Shown here: in pieces, positions 39,738 to 50,952 of the stretch
Position numbering within the stretch: position 1 is the first letter of the stretch
Layout: each line of letters starts with the position of its first letter
Position numbers and translations under genes: made by a program
Origin: Bacteroidales bacterium
Lineage (GTDB): Bacteria; Bacteroidota; Bacteroidia; Bacteroidales; UBA932
Length of the DNA stretch: 64,000 nucleotides
Reading direction: 5' to 3'
Assembly: GCA_041663505.1 (NCBI GenBank)
Contig: JBAYMP010000001.1
Location: 30,400 to 94,399, forward strand
Notes under the pieces: generated by a model
What the model was told of the DNA's origin: nothing
The model's database searches: none
The model's input: only the letters and a program-made list of their open reading frames with translations

Positions 39738-40649
39738 ATGGAAAACAGGATTTGCAAACTTTTTAATATAGAACATCCAATCGTTCAAGGGGGAATGGTG
39801 TGGTGCAGCGGATGGCGGTTGGCTTCGGCAGTAAGTAATGCAGGGGGTCTTGGCCTGATAGGAGCCGGTTCCATGCATCCTGATGATCTGAGGTATAATA
39901 TACAGAGCTGCAAAGCAGCAACAAACAAACCATTTGGGGTTAATGTTCCGCTGATGTATCCGCAGATAGAGGAGGTAATGAAGATTATTGTTGAGGAGAA
40001 AGTTCCCATAGTATTCACCTCTGCCGGAAGTCCCAAGAAGTGGACCCCTTTCCTAAAGGAGCACAGAATCATTGTGACCCATGTGGTTTCAAGTTCGCTA
40101 TTTGCTGTCAAATGTCAGGAGGCAGGAGTGGATGCTGTGGTTGCAGAGGGTTTTGAAGCCGGTGGACACAACGGCCGTGAAGAGACTACAACATTTTGTT
40201 TGATTCCACAGGTAAGGGAGGCTATCTCACTTCCTCTGATAGCCGCCGGAGGAGTTGCTTCACGAGCAAGCTATAATGCAGCATTTGCTTTGGGATCAGA
40301 GGGCGTTCAGATAGGGACCCGTTTTGCATTATGCACAGAGAGTTCTGCCCATCCCGCATTCAAAGAGCATTGCAGAGGGTTGGCTGAGGGTGGAACAAAA
40401 CTGTTGCTTAAAAAACTTGCACCCGCCCGCCTTGCCAACAACAATTTTTCACAGGCAGTCGCTCAAGCCGAAGAGAGAGGAGCCACTGCCGAAGAACTTA
40501 CAACTCTCCTGGGTAAAGGCAGAGCCAAAAAAGGAATCTTTGAGGGAGATCTCCTGGATGGGGAATTGGAAATAGGCCAGATAGCCTCAATGGTGAAAGC
40601 AGAAGAGAGCGTGGCTGACATTTTCCGTGACCTTATTTTCTTTGAATAG
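39738..40649 (+). CDS. NAD(P)H-dependent flavin oxidoreductase of the nitronate monooxygenase / FabK (enoyl-ACP reductase II) family
   Basis: PIVQGGM, FGVNVP, AEGFEAGGH, and AAGG...GSEGVQIGTRF. Confidence 0.8.
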   Translation: MENRICKLFNIEHPIVQGGMVWCSGWRLASAVSNAGGLGLIGAGSMHPDDLRYNIQSCKAATNKPFGVNVPLMYPQIEEVMKIIVEEKVPIVFTSAGSPKKWTPFLKEHRIIVTHVVSSSLFAVKCQEAGVDAVVAEGFEAGGHNGREETTTFCLIPQVREAISLPLIAAGGVASRASYNAAFALGSEGVQIGTRFALCTESSAHPAFKEHCRGLAEGGTKLLLKKLAPARLANNNFSQAVAQAEERGATAEELTTLLGKGRAKKGIFEGDLLDGELEIGQIASMVKAEESVADIFRDLIFFE

Positions 40650-40654
40650 GTTCC

Positions 40655-40689
40655 AAAAAAAAGGGAGCCAGCACTCTTGGCCGACCCCC
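40655..40689 (-). terminator. Intrinsic terminator for the sod gene
   Basis: The minus strand reads GGGGGTCGGCCAAGAGTGCTGGCTCCC followed by T8. This is a GC-rich hairpin (inner stem GCCAA/CTGGC with one G:U wobble pair) plus a U-tract, about 33 nt after the sod stop. Confidence 0.55.
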
Positions 40690-40721
40690 TCTGAAATGAA
40701 AACAAATTATTTCTTCCAGAT

Positions 40722-41459
40722 CTATCTTACAATAGCTTCATACTTCTTAGATACTAATTCCCAGTTGATTACATTCCAAAATGCTTCGATGTAGTCTGGT
40801 CTCTTGTTCTGATACTTAAGATAATAAGCATGCTCCCATACATCCATTGCCAGAATAGGTGTCCCTCTTTTCTCGGTTACATCCATAATAGGGTTTTCCT
40901 GGTTTGGTGTTGATGACACAAAAAGATCTCCCTTTTCATCTACGCTCAACCAGGCCCACCCACTGCCGAAACGGGTTTTCCCTGCATCGGTGAACAGCTT
41001 TTTGAGTTCGTCAAGAGAGCCAAACTTCTTGTTTATTGCCTCTGCAAGTTTAACCGATGGCTTACCGCCATTGACCTTCATGCTCTCCCAATAGAGGACG
41101 TGGTTGAAGAAACCGCCGCCATTATTCTTAACTGCTACAGGGTATTTGCTGATGTTTTTAAAGACCTCTTCGATGGTCATTGTCTCAAGTTCAGTCCCTT
41201 TAACGGCATTCATAAAGTTGTCGAAATAGGTCTTCTGGTGCTTACTGTAATGAATCTCTACAGTCAGTTTATCTATAAATGGTTCAAGACTGTCGTAAGC
41301 ATAAGGAAGTTGAGGAAATTCAATTTTATTAATTGTGTTCATGATATTTTGATTGTTAATATTATAATGTTCTATATTCTGATGCGTCAGATTCTTTTGA
41401 GCAGTAGTTATAAATGGTATAATGCTGCAAATCAGGGTTGTTATTATATATCGTCTCAT
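40722..41459 (-). CDS. sodB: Fe/Mn superoxide dismutase with a possible N-terminal signal peptide
   Basis: LPYAYDSLEP, HYSKHQ and DVWEHAYYL. An alternative internal start is at 41342 (MNTINKIEFPQLPY). Confidence 0.9.
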   Translation of the reverse strand: MRRYIITTLICSIIPFITTAQKNLTHQNIEHYNINNQNIMNTINKIEFPQLPYAYDSLEPFIDKLTVEIHYSKHQKTYFDNFMNAVKGTELETMTIEEVFKNISKYPVAVKNNGGGFFNHVLYWESMKVNGGKPSVKLAEAINKKFGSLDELKKLFTDAGKTRFGSGWAWLSVDEKGDLFVSSTPNQENPIMDVTEKRGTPILAMDVWEHAYYLKYQNKRPDYIEAFWNVINWELVSKKYEAIVR

Positions 41460-41529
41460 ATATTTGATTTTAATAATATAAACAACTATCTACTGCAAAT
41501 TGTTCAAGGAAGAGATCTAAAGTCTGAAT

Positions 41530-42033
41530 TTATCGTTCCAGCACCACAAACTCAAAGGGATATTCAAATTTTTCTCCTTGCTTATGCTGGTGTGATTCAC
41601 GGAAAATCTCGCGCCATTGACTGTAGTCTATAGTGGGGAAAAAGGTATCGGCATCCTCTATTGTAGTGTGTACGAGAGTGAGATAGAGCCGGTTGGCCAA
41701 AGGAAAGGCCTGGCGGTAGATCTCACCCCCGCCTATTATGAATATCTCTTCATCTGAGTTTGAGGTTGTCTTAAGGACGGCCTCGATTGACGGGAAAATT
41801 TCAATGCCAGAAACCTCTTTAGCCGGATTACCAGCAAGCGAGCGACTTATCACAATATTTCTCCTGTTAGGAAGAGGCCGCCCGATGGATTCCCATGTTT
41901 TTCTGCCCATTATTACTGTATGACCACCGGTGACCCGTTTAAAATACTTCAGATCTTCAGTTATATGCCACAGAAGCTGATTGTTGCGTCCTATTGCACT
42001 ATTATCGGCGATTGCTACAATTATCGATACCAT
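41530..42033 (-). CDS. folA: Dihydrofolate reductase
   Basis: IVAIADNSAIGRNNQLLWH, GRKTWESIGRPLPNRRN and IGGGEIY. Confidence 0.9.
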   Translation of the reverse strand: MVSIIVAIADNSAIGRNNQLLWHITEDLKYFKRVTGGHTVIMGRKTWESIGRPLPNRRNIVISRSLAGNPAKEVSGIEIFPSIEAVLKTTSNSDEEIFIIGGGEIYRQAFPLANRLYLTLVHTTIEDADTFFPTIDYSQWREIFRESHQHKQGEKFEYPFEFVVLER

Positions 42034-42054
42034 AACTTTTGTCTGCTTAATTTG

Positions 42055-42849
42055 CTATACTGCTATCGGAGCCTTAATTACTGGATAAGGGTCATATCCG
42101 GTGAGGGTAAAATTTTCGTATTTAAAACTGAAAATATCTTTGACAGACGGGTTCAATGTCATTTTTGGAAGAGGCCGTGGTTCCCGGGAGAGCTGAAGGG
42201 CAACCTGTTCAAAGTGGTTGATGTAGATATGGGCATCTCCGAATGTATGGACAAACTCGCCGGGTTTAAGATTGCAGACCTGTGCAACCATTAGTGTAAG
42301 AAGAGCGTAAGAGGCAATGTTAAAAGGAACTCCCAAAAAAACATCGGCACTGCGTTGGTAAAGCTGACAACTCAGTTTTCCGTTGGCCACATAGAACTGA
42401 AACAGTGCGTGGCACGGAGGAAGAGCCATTTTGTCAATCTCCGCAGGATTCCAGGCAGAAACAATATGACGACGCGAGTCTGGATTCTTTTTCAAACTCT
42501 CAATGACTTCGCTTAACTGATCGATGGACTTTCCGTCCGGAGTGGGCCAGGAGCGCCACTGGTGGCCATAAACAGGGCCAAGTTCACCGTTTTCGTCGGC
42601 CCACTCGTCCCAGATAGTTACTCCATGGTCGTTGAGGTACTTGACATTAGTGTCGCCATTTATAAACCACAGAAGCTCATAAATAATGGATTTAAGGTGC
42701 ACCTTTTTTGTGGTGAGCAGAGGGAACCCCTCACCCAGATCGAATCGCATCTGATAACCAAAAACACTTTTGGTTCCTGTTCCGGTACGGTCGCCCTTTA
42801 AAGAACCGTTCTCCATTATATGGTTCAGAAGAGAGAGATATGCTTTCAT
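42055..42849 (-). CDS. thyA: Thymidylate synthase
   Basis: DRTGTGT, the active-site [12 protein letters not shown], and a 264-aa length from Met34 of the ORF-track entry. Confidence 0.95.
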   Translation of the reverse strand: MKAYLSLLNHIMENGSLKGDRTGTGTKSVFGYQMRFDLGEGFPLLTTKKVHLKSIIYELLWFINGDTNVKYLNDHGVTIWDEWADENGELGPVYGHQWRSWPTPDGKSIDQLSEVIESLKKNPDSRRHIVSAWNPAEIDKMALPPCHALFQFYVANGKLSCQLYQRSADVFLGVPFNIASYALLTLMVAQVCNLKPGEFVHTFGDAHIYINHFEQVALQLSREPRPLPKMTLNPSVKDIFSFKYENFTLTGYDPYPVIKAPIAV

Positions 42850-42932
42850 TGTATAATCAGAAACTTTATATGCAAATATAGACAAAAAGGTCGGCGAAAA
42901 ATATTTATCTTTACTCGATAAACGTACAAAAC

Positions 42933-45900
42933 ATGAAAAGGCACACATTTTTATTGTCTGCTCTTATAGTAATTTTAGCCGGAGCTACTATTTCGGTTTC
43001 GGCTTTTGCTGCAGGCACACAGGAATCAAGACTCCTCAGGTTTCCCGATATTAAGGGAGATAAAATTGTATTCTCCTATGCAGGAGATATTTACATTGTA
43101 AGTTCAAACGGTGGTACTGCACGTCTTCTCACATCCAATATTGGCTATGAGATGTTCCCAAAGATCTCTCCCGATGGAAAAATGATAGCGTTCACCGGGC
43201 AGTATGACGGCAATTCAGAGGTTTATGTTATTCCTGCAGAGGGTGGGGAGCCTAAGAGGCTTACTCATACAGCAACTTTAAGTCGCGATGATATTGGCGA
43301 CCGTATGGGGCCTAACAATATTGTAATGGACTGGACTCCTGATGGCAAAAAAATTCTCTACAGAACCCGCGCCTTTACATTCAACGATTTTACCGGCCAG
43401 CTTATGACTGTCCCCGTTGAAGGTGGACTTTCGGAAAAGGTACCACTTCGCAACGGCGGATTTGCCAGCTATTCGCCGGATGGTAAAAAACTCGCATACA
43501 ACTACATTTTTAGAGAATTTCGTACCTGGAAAAGATATCAGGGTGGAATGGCAGATGATATCCGCATCTTCGATTTTGAAACAAAGCAATCGGAAAAGAT
43601 AACAGAAAATATAAATCAGGATATTATTCCTATGTGGTCTGCGGACGGCAAAAAGATTTATTACATATCTGACCGCGACAGCCACATGAATCTGTATGTG
43701 TATGACTTAGCAGCAAAGACAACCGCTCAGCTTACAAAATACAGCGATTACGATATCAAATTCCCCTCTGCCGGCGATAATGCAATAGTTTATGAAAACG
43801 GAGGCTATATCTACAAATTCGACATGACTTCCTCAAAGGCAGAAAAAATAAGCATCAGTATAAATAATGATCTCTCATACTCACGTCCTGAGTGGAAAGA
43901 CCTCTCTAAAAGTATCCGCTCGGTTTCAATCTCTCCAAATGGAGAAAGGCTGTTGGGAACAGCAAGGGGAGATCTTTTTTCCATTCCGGCGAAAAACGGC
44001 ATAACTTACAATATAACAAACTCTTCAGATGCCAATGACAGAAACGCAGACTGGGCTCCCGATGGCAGCGGATTCGCGTATATTTCCGACAAAGAGGGAG
44101 AATTCAACATCTACTTCAGGGAGACAAAAGGCAACAAAGAGAGAAAGCTGACAGATGAAAAAACATATATATTCGGGTTTGAGTGGTCCCCGGATGCAAA
44201 GACAATTGCATGGAGTGAAAAGAAAAACACACTAAATTTGCTTGATGTTGCAACAGGCAAAAGCACCTTAATAGAGCAGTCGGAAGTTGGCCCGATAAAC
44301 GATTATAACTGGTCACCGGATGGCAGGTACCTGGTATTCACCCGTCCCGGCAAAGATGTAGATGTGATTGTAGTTTATGATTCAAAGGAGAAAAGCAAGA
44401 TTCAGATAACAGACAACTGGTATACTTCCAATTCGGCCAACTTCAGCAAGGATGGTAAATATCTTCTCTTCTCGTCTGCCCGTACATTCAATCCAACCTA
44501 CAGCCAGACAGAGTGGAACCATGTTTACACAAACATGGAAAAAATTTACATTCTTCCTCTCACAAAGGATGCTGATATACCATTAGCTCCTAAAAATGAC
44601 ACTGTTGCAGTAGTGAAAAGTGAGACCTCAGTTTCCTCAGACGCAAAATCCCCTGCGACTAAAGGAGCAGCAGCAAAACCGGAACTCAAATACAACTTCG
44701 ACAACATTGCTGCAAGAATTATTGAACTTCCAGTGGAGCCTGGCAACTATGGCAACCTCCATATGATTGACAAGAATGTCTATTATAACTCCCGGAGTGG
44801 CTCCATGATGTTCGACTTCGAAAGCAAAAAAGAGACAGATTTCAAGGCAAATCTCATTTTTTCTGCCGGTTATAAAAAGGCACTGGCCATTGCAGGAGCG
44901 TCGATGCAGGTGATAGAGATTCCTAAAGCTCCGGTAACCGTGGACAAACCGATTTCTCTTGCAAATGTTAAGAAACTTGTAAACTACCACCAGGAGTGGA
45001 TGCAGATTTACAAAGAGAGCTGGAGACAGATGCGTGACTGTTTCTATGCCAGAAACATGCATGGCGTGGACTGGGATAAAGTTTATAAACGCTACGAATC
45101 ACTTATCCCTTATGTAAACCACCGTTCCGACCTTGCATATATTATTGGCGAGATGATTGGCGAGCTCAATGTGGGCCACGCCTACTCTCAGAACGGAGAA
45201 CATCCGGAAGTTGGCAAGGTTTCCATGGGTCTTCTGGGTGCCGAATTTTCAAAAGATAAATCTGGTTATTTCAAAGTTGAGAAGGTAATAGAAGGAGCAA
45301 ACTGGAGCAAAGAGACCCGCTCACCGTTTACAATGCCAGGAGTTGAGATTAAAGAGGGTGACTACATTCTTGCCATTAACGGCAAATCACTTAAGGAGAC
45401 AGATGATATTTATGAATACCTTATTGGTACAGCCGGCAGCATTGTCGAAATAGATGTTAACAACACCCCTGATTTTACCGTCTCAAGAAGAGTTCTGGTT
45501 GAACCGCTTGCCAATGAATCTGCTCTGCGCTATTTCAGCTGGGTAGAGGACAATATCCGCAAGGTGAGCAAAGCCACAAACTCAGAGGTGGGCTACATTC
45601 ATATTCCCGATATGGGAGTTGCCGGGCTGAACGAGTTTGTCAAGCACTACTACCCGCAGCTCTCCAAGAAAGCTCTCATTATTGACGATCGTGGCAACGG
45701 AGGTGGAAATGTATCACCAATGATTATCGAAAGGCTTCAGAGAACAATTACATACTTCTCTATGCATACAAACGAGAAGGAGGGAGACGTTAACCCTGTG
45801 GGAACCTTCCAGGGACCAAAAGTCCTCTTGGTTAACGAATACTCTGCATCCGATGGCGACCTATTTCCTTACCGCTTTAAATTCAACAAGCTTGGAACAG

Positions 45901-46199
45901 TTATTGGACGCAGAACCTGGGGCGGAGTAGTCGGCTACAGCGGAACAATTCCTGTTGTGGACGGCGGATCGATTGTGACCCCGTCCTATGCACCTTTTGC
46001 TGCAGACGGAAGCGGATGGATAATCGAGGGTACCGGAGTAATTCCGGATATTGATATTTACAATGACTCATACAAAGAGTTCATGGGTGAGGACGAACAG
46101 CTCAACAAGGCCATCGAAACCATAAAGCAACAGATGAAGGATTACAAATACAGTCCTGCAACCATTCCGGCATTCCCGGACAAAGGGCCAAAGAGATAA
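42933..46199 (+). CDS. Tricorn-protease-like S41 peptidase (beta-propellers + PDZ + S41 domain), secreted
   Basis: 1088 aa with a signal peptide, N-terminal [21 protein letters not shown], repeated TolB/WD40-like SPDG motifs, and a C-terminal S41-like DDRGNGGG...SASDGD. Confidence 0.85.
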   Translation: MKRHTFLLSALIVILAGATISVSAFAAGTQESRLLRFPDIKGDKIVFSYAGDIYIVSSNGGTARLLTSNIGYEMFPKISPDGKMIAFTGQYDGNSEVYVIPAEGGEPKRLTHTATLSRDDIGDRMGPNNIVMDWTPDGKKILYRTRAFTFNDFTGQLMTVPVEGGLSEKVPLRNGGFASYSPDGKKLAYNYIFREFRTWKRYQGGMADDIRIFDFETKQSEKITENINQDIIPMWSADGKKIYYISDRDSHMNLYVYDLAAKTTAQLTKYSDYDIKFPSAGDNAIVYENGGYIYKFDMTSSKAEKISISINNDLSYSRPEWKDLSKSIRSVSISPNGERLLGTARGDLFSIPAKNGITYNITNSSDANDRNADWAPDGSGFAYISDKEGEFNIYFRETKGNKERKLTDEKTYIFGFEWSPDAKTIAWSEKKNTLNLLDVATGKSTLIEQSEVGPINDYNWSPDGRYLVFTRPGKDVDVIVVYDSKEKSKIQITDNWYTSNSANFSKDGKYLLFSSARTFNPTYSQTEWNHVYTNMEKIYILPLTKDADIPLAPKNDTVAVVKSETSVSSDAKSPATKGAAAKPELKYNFDNIAARIIELPVEPGNYGNLHMIDKNVYYNSRSGSMMFDFESKKETDFKANLIFSAGYKKALAIAGASMQVIEIPKAPVTVDKPISLANVKKLVNYHQEWMQIYKESWRQMRDCFYARNMHGVDWDKVYKRYESLIPYVNHRSDLAYIIGEMIGELNVGHAYSQNGEHPEVGKVSMGLLGAEFSKDKSGYFKVEKVIEGANWSKETRSPFTMPGVEIKEGDYILAINGKSLKETDDIYEYLIGTAGSIVEIDVNNTPDFTVSRRVLVEPLANESALRYFSWVEDNIRKVSKATNSEVGYIHIPDMGVAGLNEFVKHYYPQLSKKALIIDDRGNGGGNVSPMIIERLQRTITYFSMHTNEKEGDVNPVGTFQGPKVLLVNEYSASDGDLFPYRFKFNKLGTVIGRRTWGGVVGYSGTIPVVDGGSIVTPSYAPFAADGSGWIIEGTGVIPDIDIYNDSYKEFMGEDEQLNKAIETIKQQMKDYKYSPATIPAFPDKGPKR

Positions 46200-46222
46200 T
46201 CAGAATTATAAAACGAACGACC

Positions 46223-47026
46223 ATGAAAAGTAGATTAATAAAAGTATTGATATTTTCGCTGCTGGCAATTTTTCTGGTTGCCTGCGGTAAGGTTATGATA
46301 ACCGGTAGAAAACAGGTTTTACTGTACAGCCAGGGGGAAATTACATCGTTAAGCAACCAGTCTTATTCAGATTTGATGAGTAAATCTACATTTTCTACAA
46401 ATGCGAATTATAAGAAAATGGTAAACGGTGTTGGGATAAACCTTACATCTGCTGTTGCTGAATACCTCAAACAAAACGGAGCGGAGAACGAACTTGAGGG
46501 GATTACCTGGAAGTTTGATGTGGTTAAAGATGAGACAGTAAATGCATTCTGTCTTCCAAACGGAAACATAGTCTTCTACGAAGGGATAATGAAGATCACA
46601 AATACCCCCGACCTTGTGGCAGTGGTAATGGGTCACGAGATCGCCCACGCTCTTGCAAAACACGGAAATGAACGTATGAGCCAGGAGGCTCTGGTTGGTG
46701 TAGCCGGGCAGGCTCTTTCGGCATATACCGGGACAAAAAGTGAAAAAACGCAGACTATTTTTGAAATGGCGTTCGGAATGGGCACCCAACTGGGAGTACT
46801 GCTCCCTTACTCCCGCAAACATGAGTATGAGGCAGATCGTATAGGCCTTATCATAATGTCGATGGCGGGATATGATATTAATGTGGCCCCTAAGTTTTGG
46901 GAGACAATGAGTGCCTCGGGCACTAAACAGCCCGAATTTATCAGCACCCATCCATCGGATGAGAACAGAGTTAAGAATATTATTGCAATCCTACCTGAAG
47001 CTGCAAAATATGCCAGAAAAAAATAA
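46223..47026 (+). CDS. M48-family zinc metallopeptidase lipoprotein
   Basis: Lipobox LVAC, and the HExxH motif in VMGHEIAHALAKH. Confidence 0.85.
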   Translation: MKSRLIKVLIFSLLAIFLVACGKVMITGRKQVLLYSQGEITSLSNQSYSDLMSKSTFSTNANYKKMVNGVGINLTSAVAEYLKQNGAENELEGITWKFDVVKDETVNAFCLPNGNIVFYEGIMKITNTPDLVAVVMGHEIAHALAKHGNERMSQEALVGVAGQALSAYTGTKSEKTQTIFEMAFGMGTQLGVLLPYSRKHEYEADRIGLIIMSMAGYDINVAPKFWETMSASGTKQPEFISTHPSDENRVKNIIAILPEAAKYARKK

Positions 47027-47032
47027 TTGTAT

Positions 47033-47040
47033 TACATTTG
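47033..47040 (+). promoter_or_regulatory. Bacteroides-type -7 box TACATTTG upstream of aspS
   Basis: Matches TAnnTTTG, 26 nt upstream of the ATG at 47066. Confidence 0.45.
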
Positions 47041-47065
47041 CGGCTGCTATTAGAATTTTAAAGAT

Positions 47066-48823
47066 ATGTATAGAACACACTCATGTGGAGAGTTACGCAT
47101 AAACAATGTTGGAGAGCAGGTTACACTTGCTGGTTGGGTACAAAGAATTCGTAAGATGGGGGGAATGAGTTTCATAGATCTCAGAGACAGATATGGAATA
47201 ACCCAGTTAACAGTTAACGAGAGTGCTTCAAAAGAGTTAAATGCAGTTGCGGAAAAACTTGGAAGGGAGTATGTAATACAAGCAAAAGGGGTTGTTGTGG
47301 AGAGATCAAGTAAAAACAGTAAGCTTCCCACAGGTGATGTCGAGATAAAACTGAATGAACTGATTGTGTTAAACGTTTCGCTGGTTCCTCCTTTTACAAT
47401 TGAGGATGAATCTGACGGAAGGGAGGAGATTAGGGCAAAATACCGCTATCTGGACCTTCGTAGAAATCCGCTTAAAAAGGCACTGGCGTTAAGACACAGA
47501 ATGGCTCAGGAGGTGCGTAAGTATTTGGACGGCATAGGATTTATGGAGATTGAGACTCCTGTACTTATCAAATCGACACCGGAAGGTGCCCGTGACTTTG
47601 TGGTTCCTTCCAGAATGAATCCCGGTGAATTTTATGCCTTACCGCAAAGTCCGCAGACCTTTAAACAACTTCTTATGGTAGCAGGGTATGACCGCTACTT
47701 TCAGATTGTTCGTTGTTTCCGTGATGAGGATTTGCGTGCCGACCGTCAGCCGGAATTTACCCAGATAGACTGTGAAATGTCTTTTGTAGAGAGAGAAGAT
47801 ATACTTGTGACATTTGAGGGTATGATTAAGACTCTTTTTAAAAATATTCTTAACCGTGAGTTCGAAGATACTTTTCCAAGAATCTCTTATGCCGATGCAA
47901 TGAATATTTACGGCTCCGACAAACCGGATATCCGCTTTGGGATGAAAATAGCGGAGATAACCGGATTGGTTCAGGGGAAGAACTTTCCTGCATTTGATTC
48001 TGTCGAATATGTGGGTGGAATTTGTGTAGAGGGTGCAGCCGGATATACCCGCAAGCAACTGGACGAACTTACGGAATGGGTAAAACGCCCGCAGATAGGA
48101 GCTAAGAGCCTGGTATATATAAGAATGGCCGAAGATGGCATCAAGTCTTCCGTAGACAAATTCTATACACCGGATGATCTTGATGCTGTTGCAAAGGCAT
48201 TCGTGGCAAAAACAGGTGATCTTATACTTATTCTGGCGGGTTCACGCAAAAAGACAAAAGAGGCTCTTGGTACACTTCGTGTCGAAATGGGTAACAGGCT
48301 TGGCTTTAGAAAGAGTAATGTATATGCACCGCTTTGGGTATACGACTTCCCTCTTCTGGAGTGGGACGATGAGACTCAGCGTTTTTATGCAATGCATCAT
48401 CCGTTTACCTCGCCTAAACCGGAAGATCTGGATAAGTTCTACAGTTCAAAGAAGGAGGATCTCGAACAAGTTTGTGCAAATGCATACGACTTTGTGCTTA
48501 ATGGAACGGAGATAGGCGGAGGATCGATAAGAATACACGATTCAGGAGTTCAGCAACGAATGTTTGAGGTATTGGGATTCTCTGCAGAGGATGCAGCATA
48601 CAAGTTCAGTTTTATTATAAATGCATTTAAGTATGGCGCCCCGCCTCACGGAGGAATCGCCTTCGGATTTGACCGTTTCTGTGCACTCTTTGGTGGCCAG
48701 GAGACAATCCGCGACTATATAGCTTTCCCTAAAAATAACGCGGGGCGCGATGTTATGCTTGATGCCCCGTCAAAAATCGATGAAATTCAGATGAAGGAGC
48801 TTTTCCTGAAGAGCACCGTTTAG
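47066..48823 (+). CDS. aspS: Aspartate--tRNA ligase
   Basis: Class II motifs [26 protein letters not shown] and GIAFGFDR. Confidence 0.95.
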   Translation: MYRTHSCGELRINNVGEQVTLAGWVQRIRKMGGMSFIDLRDRYGITQLTVNESASKELNAVAEKLGREYVIQAKGVVVERSSKNSKLPTGDVEIKLNELIVLNVSLVPPFTIEDESDGREEIRAKYRYLDLRRNPLKKALALRHRMAQEVRKYLDGIGFMEIETPVLIKSTPEGARDFVVPSRMNPGEFYALPQSPQTFKQLLMVAGYDRYFQIVRCFRDEDLRADRQPEFTQIDCEMSFVEREDILVTFEGMIKTLFKNILNREFEDTFPRISYADAMNIYGSDKPDIRFGMKIAEITGLVQGKNFPAFDSVEYVGGICVEGAAGYTRKQLDELTEWVKRPQIGAKSLVYIRMAEDGIKSSVDKFYTPDDLDAVAKAFVAKTGDLILILAGSRKKTKEALGTLRVEMGNRLGFRKSNVYAPLWVYDFPLLEWDDETQRFYAMHHPFTSPKPEDLDKFYSSKKEDLEQVCANAYDFVLNGTEIGGGSIRIHDSGVQQRMFEVLGFSAEDAAYKFSFIINAFKYGAPPHGGIAFGFDRFCALFGGQETIRDYIAFPKNNAGRDVMLDAPSKIDEIQMKELFLKSTV

Positions 48824-48846
48824 ATTCGGAATAAAACAACATATTT

Positions 48847-49893
48847 ATGGGCCTTTTGCTTATTTATCTGCTTCTTGCCCTGACAGTCTCTTTCGTCTGC
48901 TCAATGATGGAGACGGTGCTACTTACAACCCCGGTTTCATTCATAAACATTAAAGAGGGAGAGGGTGTAAAATCGGCCGCCACTTTTAAAAAATTGAAGC
49001 AAAATGTAGACAGGCCACTCAGCGCAATTCTTTCACTTAACACAATTGCCAATACTGTAGGTGCTGCTGGTGTAGGAGCACAGGCAACCGACCTTTTCGG
49101 AGATGCCTATTTTGGGATTATCTCCGCTGTGCTTACAATACTGATCCTTGTAATTGCGGAAATTTTGCCCAAAACCATAGGTGCTTACTATTGGAAATCT
49201 ATCGCAATGACCTCCGGAAAAATTATCCAGATAATGGTCTATATTACCTATCCGTTGGTAATAATATCCGAATTTATGACCAGAGTAATCTCCCGCAGGG
49301 CTAAAGATAAGGCGACAGTAAGCAGGGAAGAGGTCTCTGCGATGGTTGATATTGGAACCGAAGAGGGTACGTTTGAAGATACCGAGAAAAAGATAATCCA
49401 GAATCTGATAAAGCTGCGTACTGTAAGGGCGAGCGATATAATGACCCCAAGAGTTGTTGTGGCTACAGCATCGGAATATATTACAATAGGGGAGTTCTAC
49501 AAAAACAAGGTATATCTCCACTACTCGAGAATTCCTGTTTACTCGGGAGATAAAGAAAATATTACCGGTTTTGTCTATCGTCAGGAGGTTTTGGAACATC
49601 TTGCCAACGACAATTTTACGCTTATTCTTAAAGAGATAAAGAAACCGATCTTTGTTGCACCCAATATTCAACCGCTTACAATCCTCTGGGAAAAGCTGGT
49701 TTCACAGAAGGAACATATTGCTCTGATTGTAGATGAATACGGAGGGTTCGAAGGTGTAGTAACACTCGAAGACATCATAGAGACCATAATGGGCATAGAG
49801 ATTATGGATGACAGGGATGTTGTGGCCGATCTGCAGCAATTTGCCCGCGACCGATGGAACGAGCGGATGAACAAATACAAGCACCTAAGTTAA
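48847..49893 (+). CDS. CNNM/DUF21-CBS membrane protein (no CorC C-terminal domain)
   Basis: Four N-terminal TM helices and a CBS pair (IALIVDEYGGFEGVVTLEDIIE). Confidence 0.8.
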   Translation: MGLLLIYLLLALTVSFVCSMMETVLLTTPVSFINIKEGEGVKSAATFKKLKQNVDRPLSAILSLNTIANTVGAAGVGAQATDLFGDAYFGIISAVLTILILVIAEILPKTIGAYYWKSIAMTSGKIIQIMVYITYPLVIISEFMTRVISRRAKDKATVSREEVSAMVDIGTEEGTFEDTEKKIIQNLIKLRTVRASDIMTPRVVVATASEYITIGEFYKNKVYLHYSRIPVYSGDKENITGFVYRQEVLEHLANDNFTLILKEIKKPIFVAPNIQPLTILWEKLVSQKEHIALIVDEYGGFEGVVTLEDIIETIMGIEIMDDRDVVADLQQFARDRWNERMNKYKHLS

Positions 49894-50943
49894 CATATCT
49901 ATAAGCTTTTTTGCCAGGTTCCGGAAAGCGATGCTATCCTCCTTATCCTGCAGAGCAACCGGGACACCGTTATCGCCACTTTCCCTTATACTTTGAATTA
50001 TAGGGATCTGACCAAGCAGGGGAACACCGTACTTCTCGGCCATCTTATTGCAGCCATCTTTGCCAAAAATATAGTATTTGTTATTGGGAAGTTCTGCCGG
50101 GGTGAACCACGCCATATTCTCCACAATACCCAGTACGGGTTTATTTATATCCTTGCTTCTGAACATATTTACACCCTTTTCCACATCTGCAAGTGCAACC
50201 GCCTGCGGGGTGCTCACCACTATAGCTCCGGAGAGAGGGATATCTTGCACAATTGAGATATGAATATCACCGGTTCCGGGAGGAAGGTCTATTAAAAGGA
50301 AATCAAGTTCTTCCCATTTGACTTGCAGTACCATCTGTTTAAGAGCATTACTGGCCATCGGCCCTCTCCATATGAGAGGCTGTTCAGGTTTTGCAAAGTA
50401 CCCGATGGACATCCATTTGACCCCGTACTTTTCAATAGGAATTATCATCTCTTTCCCGGTCGAGTCGTCAACCAAGGGAGCTTCATTCTCAGTGTCTGTC
50501 ATCTTTGGAACAGAAGGTCCGTAGACATCAGCGTCTGCCAACCCCACTCTGTAACCGGCTTTTGAAAGTGCGATTGCCAGATTAACGGCCACTGTTGATT
50601 TGCCTACGCCGCCTTTCCCCGAAGCAACAGCAATTATATGTCCGATATTGGCTAAAGCCTCCTGTCCCAATTCCAGATTCACCCTCTTCTCTATCTTGCG
50701 CTCACGCACAAGCTCCAGAATACTAATCTTTAACTCCTCTCCGGGAAAAGCCTCCCTGACAGCATTCTCGCAACTCTTTTTTATCAAAGATGCGAGTGCG
50801 TCCGTAGATTGAAATACCAGTTTAAACCTTACTTTACCCTCCTCAATTCTGATATCCTCTATCATCCCCAGAGATACCACATCTTTCTCTTTAACCGGGT
50901 GAATTACACCCATCAATGCCTCTTCTACCTTTTTTTTATCCAT
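49885..50943 (-). CDS. apbC: Mrp/NBP35-family iron-sulfur cluster carrier ATPase
   Basis: Deviant Walker A ASGKGGVGKST, and an N-terminal DUF59-like domain. Confidence 0.9.
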   Translation of the reverse strand: MDKKKVEEALMGVIHPVKEKDVVSLGMIEDIRIEEGKVRFKLVFQSTDALASLIKKSCENAVREAFPGEELKISILELVRERKIEKRVNLELGQEALANIGHIIAVASGKGGVGKSTVAVNLAIALSKAGYRVGLADADVYGPSVPKMTDTENEAPLVDDSTGKEMIIPIEKYGVKWMSIGYFAKPEQPLIWRGPMASNALKQMVLQVKWEELDFLLIDLPPGTGDIHISIVQDIPLSGAIVVSTPQAVALADVEKGVNMFRSKDINKPVLGIVENMAWFTPAELPNNKYYIFGKDGCNKMAEKYGVPLLGQIPIIQSIRESGDNGVPVALQDKEDSIAFRNLAKKLIDMLT

Positions 50944-50952
50944 TTTTTACAG

